64,000 nucleotides of DNA from Patescibacteria group bacterium (GCA_041660565.1 JBAZWC010000001.1:302481-366480); one strand, 5' to 3'; shown: positions 1 through 8,739, counted from the stretch's first letter. The notes: a model not told the origin generated them from the letters alone. Numbers and translations: made by a program.

Positions 1-26
1 ATAATAATTAAATCGATTTTAGGTCT

Positions 27-69
27 TCAACAATTTCGGGGAAAGTTGGTTGGTCAAAGTGCTTTCGGT
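27..69. repeat. 43-bp direct repeat copy 1 (duplicate of the hydrolase 3' end; partner at 1077-1119)
   Basis: tcaacaatttcggggaa(a/g)gt(t/g)ggttggtcaaagtgctttcggt; 2 mismatches, offset 1050 bp. Confidence 0.9.
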
Positions 70-722
70 TTCTTATGTGTCGCAGGGTAGTATTTCATTG
101 GGACACCATTGTATCGCTCGTTTAATCCCTCGTATATTAATTTCTTTAACGGCTCATAATCAGAATTGTTGTCAATTTGAGCTAAAGCTTTACGATACGC
201 ATTCTTATTTTCTTTTTCAATCTTAACCGATATCCCAACAAGCCCATATCTTTCAAGAATTAAGTTAGCAGCTAGCCTAGCAGTTCTCCCGTTTCCCTCA
301 AAAAATGGGTGGATGAATGTAATTTTATGATGAATCCAAGCGGCAACTGTGACTACTTTGTCAATGCATTCTACCAATTCATTACTAATCTCATCAAACC
401 CGATTATTAGTCCTTTGCATTCTGGACCAATGTTATTAATTTTACTAATAAGTTCTGCATCGGCTTGTTTCATAAGACCTGGTATTTTTGTTGGATGCGG
501 TGGTAGATGTTTTGAACCTGAGATTTTGACCTCTTCGGTTCTGAATTGCCCCGCAATTTCAGGCCAGATATTTTTCCATATCTCTTTATGAATAGCGTTT
601 ACGGTTTCAAGATTTATTTTCTTGTCAGACCTGGCATATTTTCGCACAAAACCGGCTGCATGAATTACTCCAGCAGCGGCTTTTCGCTCCAGATCCTCTT
701 CATCTTTTGGTCTGGATTGCAT
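54..722 (-). CDS. Fic-domain protein (AMPylase-type toxin)
   Basis: Canonical Fic motif HPFFEGNGRTAR; GQFRTEEV flap. Confidence 0.9.
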   Translation of the reverse strand: MQSRPKDEEDLERKAAAGVIHAAGFVRKYARSDKKINLETVNAIHKEIWKNIWPEIAGQFRTEEVKISGSKHLPPHPTKIPGLMKQADAELISKINNIGPECKGLIIGFDEISNELVECIDKVVTVAAWIHHKITFIHPFFEGNGRTARLAANLILERYGLVGISVKIEKENKNAYRKALAQIDNNSDYEPLKKLIYEGLNERYNGVPMKYYPATHKKPKAL

Positions 723-730
723 AAGTTGCC

Positions 731-925
731 TTATCTTACTTTAGTGGCAAGTTTATCGAATTCTTTTCGGTCAATTTTACTGCCTTCTAAAGTGCTAGAA
801 TAGTACGCATGTTCAATATCCCACGATTTCTCGAGGTCGTTTTTTTGAGACGAGGTCATCTTCTTGATGGTTTCTCGTGCAATTTTAATATTTGATATAA
901 GCAGTGATGCTTGTTTTGCGGTCAT
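731..925 (-). CDS. Small Fic antitoxin (FicA/VbhA-like)
   Basis: 64 aa directly upstream of fic; inhibitory (S/T)xxxE(G/N) motif SSTLEG; GGAGG SD. Confidence 0.75.
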   Translation of the reverse strand: MTAKQASLLISNIKIARETIKKMTSSQKNDLEKSWDIEHAYYSSTLEGSKIDRKEFDKLATKVR

Positions 926-1057
926 TTATCCTCCGATTAATGATCTGACTAAGTATATTCCAATTTTACGCATTTTTCAATGTATCTTTACATAATTATC
1001 TGTTTTAATTCTAATACAATGACGTAAATAAGCAACAAATATCCCTAACTGTCATGA

Positions 1058-1654
1058 CTATAATGCTCGAATATCCTCAACAATTTCGGGGAAGGTGGGT
1101 TGGTCAAAGTGCTTTCGGTCATCAAAAACCCTAAGCGTTGCTTGTAGCAACTCCTTAACGTAATCTTTGCAATTTGAAAATGGCACAACTTTGTCATCTT
1201 TACTTTGATAAATAAATATCGTTTTAACCTGTTTGGCCAGGCCGTCTAGCGATTTGATTATATTAAAATCGACTAGCGGGTGTTTGGTTGGCGTGTTGTA
1301 AGGCGCGGCGACCAAGTAAACCGCCTTAATTTTTCTTGAGCTAACATTTTCTGATAGATATTTAGCGGTGAATATTCCACCCAGTGAGTGCCCAATTATA
1401 ATTACGTTGTCATCTAGTAATGGAATAATTTTTTCGAACATAATTTTCCATTCGGCGTATCGCGCATTTCGAGCGTTGGGCATTTTTGGAATTAAAACTT
1501 GGTAGTTGCCACCTAGTGCATCTGCCAAATTGTCCTTCCAGCTTTTTGCCACCATTTTTTCAAGTGTGACCTCTCTGTTTTTTAGGTTTTGAATATATTC
1601 CTCGTGCGTTTCAAACGCATTCCCACCATTTATCACTAATATTTGCTGTGTCAT
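1058..1654 (-). CDS. Alpha/beta hydrolase, YdeN/RBBP9-like
   Basis: GHSLGG nucleophile elbow, SKDDKVVP, C-terminal KHF. Confidence 0.85.
   Translation of the reverse strand: MTQQILVINGGNAFETHEEYIQNLKNREVTLEKMVAKSWKDNLADALGGNYQVLIPKMPNARNARYAEWKIMFEKIIPLLDDNVIIIGHSLGGIFTAKYLSENVSSRKIKAVYLVAAPYNTPTKHPLVDFNIIKSLDGLAKQVKTIFIYQSKDDKVVPFSNCKDYVKELLQATLRVFDDRKHFDQPTFPEIVEDIRAL
1077..1119. repeat. 43-bp direct repeat copy 2
   Basis: Matches 27-69. Confidence 0.9.
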
Positions 1655-1655
1655 T

Positions 1656-2180
1656 TTACTTCCTTTCAGATGGATTTATTAATCCCATTTGGATTTCGTC
1701 TTGATATTTTTGATCATAAAACACTTGTTCCTTAAGCACGCCTTCTACCTCAAACCCAAGCGATTTGTACAGATTGATCGCTGGGAGGTTGTAGCTGTAC
1801 ACCGCTAGGAATATTTTGTGTAGTTTGAGCTTTTCAAAACCGTATTTGATGATGTATTCGCAGGCTTTTCTGCCAATACCAAGCCCTCTGTATTCATCTT
1901 CACCAATCATGATGAATAGTTCGGCGTGTTTATCTACCGGATTTTGGCCGGTTAATCCAACTAGACCAACCGGAATGCCGTTGGCCTTGACGGTGAAGCG
2001 TTTGTCATATTTATTTTTTTGATAGCGGTTGAACCATCTTACGTTGTCTTTGTGGGTTACGCCGTTTCTAATTTGCCACCCTAAGTTGGCTTTGACTTTG
2101 GGATTTTGTATCCATTTGGTTCGTAGTTTGATGTCTTCTAGCTTTAGCGGGCTAAAAGTTATTTTTAATTGCTCTGGCAT
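1656..2180 (-). CDS. GNAT N-acetyltransferase (RimJ/RimL/SpeG-like)
   Basis: YRGLGIG acetyl-CoA motif; NLPAINLYKSLGF. Confidence 0.85.
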   Translation of the reverse strand: MPEQLKITFSPLKLEDIKLRTKWIQNPKVKANLGWQIRNGVTHKDNVRWFNRYQKNKYDKRFTVKANGIPVGLVGLTGQNPVDKHAELFIMIGEDEYRGLGIGRKACEYIIKYGFEKLKLHKIFLAVYSYNLPAINLYKSLGFEVEGVLKEQVFYDQKYQDEIQMGLINPSERK

Positions 2181-2182
2181 TT

Positions 2183-3016
2183 TTATTCCTTATCTTTAAT
2201 TTCTTTCTTCTTTGGCAAATAGTTCTCGTTAGTAATTACTTTTTTACCGGTTTCTTGTTCTAGCTCAATTCTAGCATTTTTGGCGATACCACCGCCTTTT
2301 ATACCAGCAATTTTATTTGGCTCAAATCCAGTGGCTTTATCTGTTTCGGCTATCTTACGGGTAGATAGCTCTGCCAGCGCGGTGAAAATTAGCTCGGCTT
2401 CAGACATATGATCACGCAGATTTTGTTTTGAAAGTCCTTTAATTTGTTTGTGTTTACCAACAGTTAGCCCGCTCCATTCTTGATGAATCACATTTGTTAG
2501 AATAGCAAATTCGCTTTGCTCTTCTATTCCATTATTTTTCCAGTAATCGGTTAGTTTATTTCTAGTTTCTTGCCCCATCATCCTTTGTTGAATCCATTTT
2601 TCACTCCGACCGAATCGTTGCCAGTTTTCTCTAGCGCGATTTATCGCTTTTTCCGGATCTTGAATTTCTTGGATTCTCTCGTAGCCAACTTTAGACAACC
2701 AGAGCTTAAACGGTTCTGCTTTAGGTGATGGGATCGACTGAATAATACGCAGAATAGCCTGGGTTGTGGCGCAATCCGTCAAGTATTTTTTTCCATCTGA
2801 CGATTCTAGTTTCAGTTGTCGACAAAGTGTCGACAACTCTACACCATCCTCTGAATTTACACGGATTTTCATTTTGAACCAATAGTCTCGCGCATTAACA
2901 CTGTTAGTTAGCGTCTCGACTACGTCAACCACTGAGAAATACCATACCGATTCCTTACTATCCCAGACTCGTCTAATTTTCTTGCCTTCGAATAACGCTA
3001 TTTCAAGATCGGTCAT
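2183..3016 (-). CDS. BRO-N domain protein (antirepressor-like)
   Basis: IRRVWD..WYFSVVDV, IPSPKAEPFKLWL, NLRDHM. Confidence 0.85.
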   Translation of the reverse strand: MTDLEIALFEGKKIRRVWDSKESVWYFSVVDVVETLTNSVNARDYWFKMKIRVNSEDGVELSTLCRQLKLESSDGKKYLTDCATTQAILRIIQSIPSPKAEPFKLWLSKVGYERIQEIQDPEKAINRARENWQRFGRSEKWIQQRMMGQETRNKLTDYWKNNGIEEQSEFAILTNVIHQEWSGLTVGKHKQIKGLSKQNLRDHMSEAELIFTALAELSTRKIAETDKATGFEPNKIAGIKGGGIAKNARIELEQETGKKVITNENYLPKKKEIKDKE

Positions 3017-3099
3017 TTTGTCTCCAGTCTATATATTATACACATCTATTATAATATCATTTGCGTAAAACTACCATACAAATACCGAATCGTCCGACA

Positions 3100-3231
3100 G
3101 ACGTCCCCGACATTATATTCGGGGATCCAGAAATAGACTTTTTCATAGACTGCCCCGAAGCGCGTTCGGGGTGGCTGGCGCCAGATTCTAGACGAAGTCT
3201 ACCCCGTGCTGTGCCACGGGGCGGGAATGAC
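3100..3231. repeat. Composite GTCATT/GGAATGAC REP-like palindrome
   Basis: ccccgacattatattcggggatccag...gcgggaatgac; related to 8657, 21101, 41704. Confidence 0.75.
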
Positions 3232-3268
3232 ACGAGGAGTGCCCGGGATAACATAAATTGATAAAGAA

Positions 3269-3299
3269 AAGGCCCCGGGCACGGATGTGCTGGGGCCTT
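3269..3299 (-). terminator. Conserved cassette terminator T1 (ATCC loop)
   Basis: Minus strand GGCCCCAGCAC-ATCC-GTGCCCGGGGCC-TTTTCTT. Confidence 0.8.
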
Positions 3300-3342
3300 C
3301 TTGGGGCGGGTAGGTTACGTGGACATCTCCGTCTACGACGGC

Positions 3343-3900
3343 CTAGTGCGTCTCCAACGCCGACGCGGGGTCGGTCTGGCCGCCCAGGTTGCCTGTGCCA
3401 GGCGCGCCTCCAGCGAAACCAAGCTGATCGGTTGCGACTGGCGGGTCGTCGGGCTCGGGTTCGCCGGTAGGGACCTCGTGGGTCAGACCGAAGATCTCCT
3501 CGAGCGTGTCGCCGGTTCCAGGCTCTTTGGGCTTGGGTTCGGGCTCGCCGGTCTCGGGCTCGGCCTTCTTGACGACCTCGTAGCCGAGTGTTCCCAGCGT
3601 GAAGGCCAGTGCGTCAATGCCCGACTTGATGCACTCGGGAACCACGCGCTCGGTGGTCCCATCCGCATTGACGATCAGACTGACGCTGCAGCCGGCGCCC
3701 TGCATCACCCACAGCCCGATCTGCTTGACCACTTCCTCGGCGGCCTTCGCGTTGCCGAAGTCGCCAACCGGATACTGCGTCTCGGTCACGTCGCCGCACG
3801 CCACCTCGGGAATAACGGCGTACACCACACCCCCTACTGCGACGGCCCGAACGACCTGGCGTACGTCAGCCACCAACCTTGGTGCGATCAAGTACGGCAT
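3343..3900 (-). CDS. GC-rich orphan protein with acidic Pro/Glu-rich tail
   Basis: AGGAGG SD before ATG 3900; own promoter and terminator; no recognisable family. Confidence 0.65.
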   Translation of the reverse strand: MPYLIAPRLVADVRQVVRAVAVGGVVYAVIPEVACGDVTETQYPVGDFGNAKAAEEVVKQIGLWVMQGAGCSVSLIVNADGTTERVVPECIKSGIDALAFTLGTLGYEVVKKAEPETGEPEPKPKEPGTGDTLEEIFGLTHEVPTGEPEPDDPPVATDQLGFAGGAPGTGNLGGQTDPASALETH

Positions 3901-4041
3901 GTGCTTCCTCCCTGTGGAGTAACTCACAGATGTTTGTGAGCCAAGCCTGCTATTGGCTTGGGTTAGACAAGAAATACTTCTTTTCTAACCTAAACCTTAA
4001 GTAAAACTATTATTATATTGTTCAGTTTCTAAACTGGATGT

Positions 4042-4070
4042 ATTTTAGTAATTATTTATAGTTTTGTCAA
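4042..4070 (-). promoter_or_regulatory. sigma70-type promoter of orphan cassette 1
   Basis: TTGACA-17 nt-TAAAAT on minus strand. Confidence 0.7.
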
Positions 4071-4139
4071 TACTTATTTATATTTTATGTGATGGGGTCG
4101 ATGGTTTTTGCATATTCCAAAGCACGGTAGTAATGAAAA

Positions 4140-4167
4140 CGGCCGGGGCGCGGATGCGCCCCGACCG
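4140..4167 (-). terminator. Conserved cassette terminator T2 (ATCC loop)
   Basis: CGGTCGGGGCGC-ATCC-GCGCCCCGGCCG-TTTTC. Confidence 0.8.
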
Positions 4168-4187
4168 ATTGTCAGGCTTGGTGCCGG

Positions 4188-4700
4188 CTACATGCCGGCG
4201 GAGGCCTCAGCGTGTGAGTTGCCTCTGACGTTCACCTGCATCGTGAACGTCACAACGGTACCGCTGGTGTAGATATACACGTCAGCGGTACTTCCATCCA
4301 GGTACGAGTGTACCGCCGGGGTGGTGTACCCCGCGGCTAGCGCAACCCCAGCGCCCATGCATCCAGACGACGCGAATCCGTCATCGGCCTGGATGTTGCC
4401 CGAGCACCGACCACTTGCCGTGACATGGAGCGGCATTGGCGTGCCGGTGCCAATCCAGTACCACGTGGTGGTCGATCGGGCCGTGGCCACAGCAGACGAC
4501 AAGTTTGGGAAGTACCCCTCTGCGTAGAGGGTGTTCCCGCTGACCCAGACGTCAGCGAACTCCTTCGACTGGCTGGTGATGACCAGCCCGCTCGGGACGC
4601 ATGTCCAGAAACCGGTTGGCAGACCACCGCCAGACGCCTTAGCCGACGGGACAACAATCTGCCCCGTTGCCATCAGAAGTGCTACAACCAGTGGATACAT
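4188..4700 (-). CDS. GC-rich orphan, probably secreted
   Basis: GGAGG SD; hydrophobic N-terminus ending in an AKA-type cleavage site. Confidence 0.65.
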   Translation of the reverse strand: MYPLVVALLMATGQIVVPSAKASGGGLPTGFWTCVPSGLVITSQSKEFADVWVSGNTLYAEGYFPNLSSAVATARSTTTWYWIGTGTPMPLHVTASGRCSGNIQADDGFASSGCMGAGVALAAGYTTPAVHSYLDGSTADVYIYTSGTVVTFTMQVNVRGNSHAEASAGM

Positions 4701-4748
4701 CTACGTCCTCCGTAGGGTTTTTGTACTGCATCCAGGCGTACACGGCAT

Positions 4749-4777
4749 ATATTAGCATAAGTTTTTAATTTTGTCAA
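4749..4777 (-). promoter_or_regulatory. sigma70-type promoter of orphan cassette 2
   Basis: TTGACA-17 nt-TAATAT with TGn extension. Confidence 0.7.
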
Positions 4778-4795
4778 CATTTTTGCAACAAAAAG

Positions 4796-4821
4796 GGCCG
4801 AGGCGCAGATGCGCCCCGGCC
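4796..4821 (-). terminator. Conserved cassette terminator T3 (ATCT loop)
   Basis: GGCCGGGGCGC-ATCT-GCGCCTCGGCC-CTTTTT. Confidence 0.8.
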
Positions 4822-4833
4822 ATTCGGGCTATG

Positions 4834-5613
4834 TTAGCTCGCGGTCAGAGTGAACAGGGATGTGCCCTCGGTGAAGTAGGCGGCGTCCGCAATATCCAAC
4901 ATCAGTAGCTGATCGCCACCACCCCTCACAACCACCACCCCCTCGTTCTGTCCTTTGGCTTGATTGGCTACAACGCGGGTTCCGGGCAGAATCACCTTGG
5001 CGTCTGCCGGAATAACGACGCCGGTGACGTAGCACCTGACAAACCAAAGGAATTCCAGTAGCCCACCGGGGATGACGCGTTTTGGGATGTGATTCCCATG
5101 CACTGCCACCGGAACGCCGAGGTTAACGGGCACGTCGTCCGTGGTGATGAAATGCGTGGACAGATCTGGCACAACTGAGGCGCAAGGCAACGATTCACCA
5201 GCTGTCGTAGCTGGCTCCCAGTTGATCCATGACTTGATGTTCGCCTGCGTCGGAGCAAGCCGCTGATCAGCCAGTGCCTGCTCGAACGGCTCGCACAGTC
5301 CAATACCCGAACCATTTTCAAGCATCCGCCGGACAAGTCTGGAATACGCGTCCGACCGTAGCAATAGGTCCACGTACACCCCCATCGACACCATCAATAC
5401 CACCGTACTGGGTAGTTTGACAGCACCATCATCGGATATGCTCAGCTGATTGGGATCCAGCTGATATTGCACGCCCCCGTTATTGCCAAGCACCCGCAGT
5501 AACGCGCTGATATCGAACTGGTGCGGGACCCGATGGGTGACGCATCGCACATCACAATCCGGCCGGCGCGTCACATAGCCGGCTGGCGTGTCGCTTAGCC
5601 TTATCGCTGGCAC
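4834..5613 (-). CDS. GC-rich orphan protein
   Basis: 259-aa ORF, GGAGG SD before GTG. Confidence 0.65.
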   Translation of the reverse strand: MPAIRLSDTPAGYVTRRPDCDVRCVTHRVPHQFDISALLRVLGNNGGVQYQLDPNQLSISDDGAVKLPSTVVLMVSMGVYVDLLLRSDAYSRLVRRMLENGSGIGLCEPFEQALADQRLAPTQANIKSWINWEPATTAGESLPCASVVPDLSTHFITTDDVPVNLGVPVAVHGNHIPKRVIPGGLLEFLWFVRCYVTGVVIPADAKVILPGTRVVANQAKGQNEGVVVVRGGGDQLLMLDIADAAYFTEGTSLFTLTAS

Positions 5614-5730
5614 CTTGGTTCCTCCGTTGCGCTATCTAAGCGCGGTGTGAATGTACTGCCGCGTACATTAAATCACTTTTTGTCATAAAAGTCCACTAAA
5701 ATAAAGTAACGGTTCACAACAATATGAGTG

Positions 5731-5796
5731 TTCTCGTTCGAGGAGTTCGGAAAACGACGAGAACTATCTACAAATTAGTTCTCGCTACGCTCGAAC
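5731..5796. repeat. GTTCGAG...GAGAAC REP-like palindrome (also ~9387-9412 and ~30726-30790)
   Basis: gttctcgttcgagg...cgagaactat...agttctcgctacgctcgaac. Confidence 0.6.
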
Positions 5797-5850
5797 AAGA
5801 AAGTCTGTTTGATAACTGTGCACTTTTATAAAATATAATCTGACAAGGGG

Positions 5851-5880
5851 TTGACAGAATTAAATCATATCTGTTATTAT
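5851..5880 (+). promoter_or_regulatory. Promoter facing the 3' end of the NYN gene
   Basis: TTGACA-18 nt-TATTAT with TGn; no ORF downstream on +. Confidence 0.65.
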
Positions 5881-5886
5881 TAGTGC

Positions 5887-5944
5887 ATCACGAGAGAGAA
5901 ACGAACTGGCAACTACGTGTTGCCTGTAACGCCTCTCATTTTTT
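5887..5944 (+). ncRNA. Putative structured sRNA convergent with the NYN gene
   Basis: Outer stem GAGAG/CUCUC, inner GGCAAC/GUUGCC hairpin, U6 tail, upstream promoter. Confidence 0.5.
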
Positions 5945-6460
5945 GTATTCTAATTTCGCTTTTTCGTTCTCGATAAAGGTTTTGTACGATTGAAATTTCT
6001 TTAGTAATGATGATTCCGATTTGCGGTTTGGGATAACTACCCTAAGCAATTTATTTTGATCAATTAGATATTCGTACAGACATCTAAAATCACCATCACT
6101 AGAGACAATGACCGCTTTGTCATAATTTGGATATTGCAGCACCGCCGAGTGCAACACTAATTCGGCATCTATATTGCCTTTGGTTTTGCCTAATCTATCG
6201 GTGGTGGTGGGCTTGAACACTAATTCGTAGCCAAACGATCTAAGTTGGCTGTATAGTTGCTCGTTGTCTTCAATGTATCCAATGAATAGAAATGCTTTTG
6301 AGACCCGGAATTTATTAGAAAGATAAACGCGGAATTTGCGGAAATCCAGATGCCAACCGGTGTAAATCTTTCTACCGCGCTGGTTAATGACGTCTTTGCC
6401 CGTGCCTAAGTTTAGATTTTGACTGTCAATGAAGGCGTAGACGATTTGATGATTTTTCAT
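5936..6460 (-). CDS. NYN (LabA/DUF88, PIN-like) domain protein
   Basis: AFIDSQN, KGNIDAEL, VSSDGDF acidic motifs; ATG overlaps the obgE stop. Confidence 0.9.
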   Translation of the reverse strand: MKNHQIVYAFIDSQNLNLGTGKDVINQRGRKIYTGWHLDFRKFRVYLSNKFRVSKAFLFIGYIEDNEQLYSQLRSFGYELVFKPTTTDRLGKTKGNIDAELVLHSAVLQYPNYDKAVIVSSDGDFRCLYEYLIDQNKLLRVVIPNRKSESSLLKKFQSYKTFIENEKAKLEYKK

Positions 6461-7503
6461 ATTTTGATTGCTTTGATTATTTGACGTTTGAGTTCGGTAA
6501 GACCTAAGCCGGTGGCGCAAGAGATAAACATAGCGTTTGGCATCTCTTTGGCCAGTTTCTTTTGATCTTTTTCCGGAATTGCATCAATTTTGTTGATGGC
6601 CACAATGCGTGGCTTTTTAAGTAAAGTGGAGTTGAATTGCTTGGCCTCGTTTTCGAGAGTTTTTAGGTTTGCTTTAACGTCTGCGTCTGTACCATCTAGA
6701 ATAAATAATAATAATTTTGTGCGGTTGATGTGACGCAGAAATTCAACTCCAAGACCCTTGCCGCTGGCCGCGCCTTCAATAATTCCGGGGATATCGGCGA
6801 TAACCAGGTGATTTCCATCAATATCTGCCACCCCAAGATTTGGCTCTAGGGTGGTAAACGGATAGTTGGCAATTTTTGGCCGGGCGTTGGTGGTTACCGA
6901 TAAAAAGGTAGATTTTCCAGCGTTTGGCAAGCCAACCAGACCAACATCGGCAATTAGTTGCAGCTCTAGGTCTAGATTAAATTGCTGGCCCAACATACCG
7001 GTTTTAGCCCAGTGCGGAGCTTGTTTTATACTGGTAGCAAAGTGCGCGTTACCCCAACCGCCACGGCCGCCTTTAGCGATGATTTCGGTTTGACCTTCGG
7101 TTAGGATTTCGTATTTTTTAGGAGCGTCATTCACGTGCAGGCGGGATTCTATGTCTTTTATATCTGGATTCCGGATCAAGTCCGGAATGACAGGTCGTGA
7201 TGCTTCGTCAACAACTGAGATGATTGTGCCGAGGGGAACATGAATAATGCAGTCTTCGCCGTTTTTACCGTGCATCTTTTTACCCATTCCGCCTTGACCG
7301 TTCTGTGCCTCGTACATCTTTTTTGATCTAAAATCGCTTAGCGTGTGTAGATCTCGTTTGCCCACAATAACCACGTCTCCCCCATTACCCCCATCACCCC
7401 CATCCGGGCCTCCGTTGGGAATATATTTCTCACGCCGAAAAGAGACGGCTCCATCGCCGCCATTACCAGATTGAACGCTAATTTCACATTGATCGATAAA
7501 CAT
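6457..7503 (-). CDS. obgE: GTPase ObgE/CgtA with in-frame repeat insertion
   Basis: MFID..FRREKY..GGPDGGDGG, GLPNAGKS, YPFTTL, DIPG, NKID. Confidence 0.97.
   Translation of the reverse strand: MFIDQCEISVQSGNGGDGAVSFRREKYIPNGGPDGGDGGNGGDVVIVGKRDLHTLSDFRSKKMYEAQNGQGGMGKKMHGKNGEDCIIHVPLGTIISVVDEASRPVIPDLIRNPDIKDIESRLHVNDAPKKYEILTEGQTEIIAKGGRGGWGNAHFATSIKQAPHWAKTGMLGQQFNLDLELQLIADVGLVGLPNAGKSTFLSVTTNARPKIANYPFTTLEPNLGVADIDGNHLVIADIPGIIEGAASGKGLGVEFLRHINRTKLLLFILDGTDADVKANLKTLENEAKQFNSTLLKKPRIVAINKIDAIPEKDQKKLAKEMPNAMFISCATGLGLTELKRQIIKAIKI
7126..7191. repeat. 66-bp GTCATT palindrome in-frame in obgE
   Basis: Encodes VIPDLIRNPDIKDIESRLHVND. Confidence 0.85.
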
Positions 7504-8630
7504 TAGTAAATAAATCCTTTTAATGGAATTGAATTGATACTGACAGTGCGCGAGCTAATAATGCCAAAGCCTTTGTAGTTTTCCTCACTCACCGTTACTG
7601 TACTACCATTTACGCTTTCTACAATAGCCACGTGACCCCAACCACTTTCACCGGTAACCATAATTGCACCGGCTTTGGGGGTTCGGCCGGTGGCGTAACC
7701 ATCGGCTCTGGCACCCGATAACCACTGCCCCGCGTTGCCCCAGCGGCCAACTGCGCGTCGTGACGCTACGTAGGAGGTACAATATCCACCCGGATAACCA
7801 CGGTATGATTTATAATCACGTGTACCAACTCGGGTTACACTGGTGGTTTTCTTTTTGGTACTAGAGCTGGAATTACCGGATGCAACCTGTTTTTTGGCGT
7901 TGTTGATATCGTTTAGAATAGCAACCCAGTTGGTTGGCCCGCCATCGATGTCTTCAGCTGGGACCGTAATCACATCACCCGGAGATAATTTGGGTAAACC
8001 ATTTTTCTTTAACTTGGCTTCATCTATGCCGTTTGCGGCAAACAACGAAGCGGTGTGAAGGTTGTTTTTGCCCGCAATGCCAGACCAGGTATCGCCTTGC
8101 TGCACGGTGTAGTTAATAGCAAAACCACCGTATTGGCTTTGGTTGTCCGCACTCATGGCCAAAATGGACGCTTGGGCAATGTAATCTTGCTCTTGAATTC
8201 CCGCCAATGAGTGTGCTACCTCCGTTGGATCAACGTTTAGCGTTGGGGTGAACTGACCAACATCGGTAATAATAGCGGCGGTAACATCGGGCGAGGTAGG
8301 TAAGAATTGATACAAATTGGTTTCAGATGTGGCCGATGAATGGATAAAGTTAGATCCAATAAGCGCGGCGGCCATTAGTGATATGTTGGCTTTGCGATTA
8401 AAAACACGTAGCGAATCTAGGTTTATCTTAGATCGATTAATTTGAAACTTGGGCACACGCACAGACGCGATGCCGTAATGATACTTAATTTGATAGCGAA
8501 AACTGCTGACAGTACTCCGAATTCGTCGTCGCTTTGTGTCGGCAATGATCTGCAATTTAATGTAGATTTTTTTGAACCAAGCAGTGGCGTTTTTCATTCT
8601 GTGTACATTTATGTTAAAGGAAAAATGCAT
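7503..8630 (-). CDS. LysM + CHAP peptidoglycan hydrolase
   Basis: YTVQQGDT LysM; GYCTSYV..WGNAGQW..GHVAIVE..SEEN CHAP; start uncertain. Confidence 0.88.
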   Translation of the reverse strand: MHFSFNINVHRMKNATAWFKKIYIKLQIIADTKRRRIRSTVSSFRYQIKYHYGIASVRVPKFQINRSKINLDSLRVFNRKANISLMAAALIGSNFIHSSATSETNLYQFLPTSPDVTAAIITDVGQFTPTLNVDPTEVAHSLAGIQEQDYIAQASILAMSADNQSQYGGFAINYTVQQGDTWSGIAGKNNLHTASLFAANGIDEAKLKKNGLPKLSPGDVITVPAEDIDGGPTNWVAILNDINNAKKQVASGNSSSSTKKKTTSVTRVGTRDYKSYRGYPGGYCTSYVASRRAVGRWGNAGQWLSGARADGYATGRTPKAGAIMVTGESGWGHVAIVESVNGSTVTVSEENYKGFGIISSRTVSINSIPLKGFIY

Positions 8631-8656
8631 CTATGTCAAACTGACAAACCGGTGTT

Positions 8657-8727
8657 TGTCATCCCCGCCCCGCTAAGCGGGGCATTGGGACGCTAAGCGT
8701 CCCGACGTTCTATTCGGGGATCCAGAA
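8657..8727. repeat. Composite GTCATC REP-like element
   Basis: tgtcatccccgccccgctaagcgggg...gggacgctaagcgtccc...cggggatccag. Confidence 0.8.
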
Positions 8728-8739
8728 ATGAAGGTGGAA

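Noticed and set aside
2183-3016. Prophage suggested by the BRO-N gene
   Set aside because: No phage structural, replication or integrase genes nearby; solitary BRO genes are common
3301-3939. 212-aa + strand ORF and other overlapping ORFs in GC-rich blocks
   Set aside because: Antisense shadows; promoter, SD and terminator all support the minus-strand ORF
3266-5700. Integron cassette array
   Set aside because: The hairpins lack RYYYAAC/GTTRRRY attC ends, carry U-tails, each ORF has its own promoter, and no intI is present
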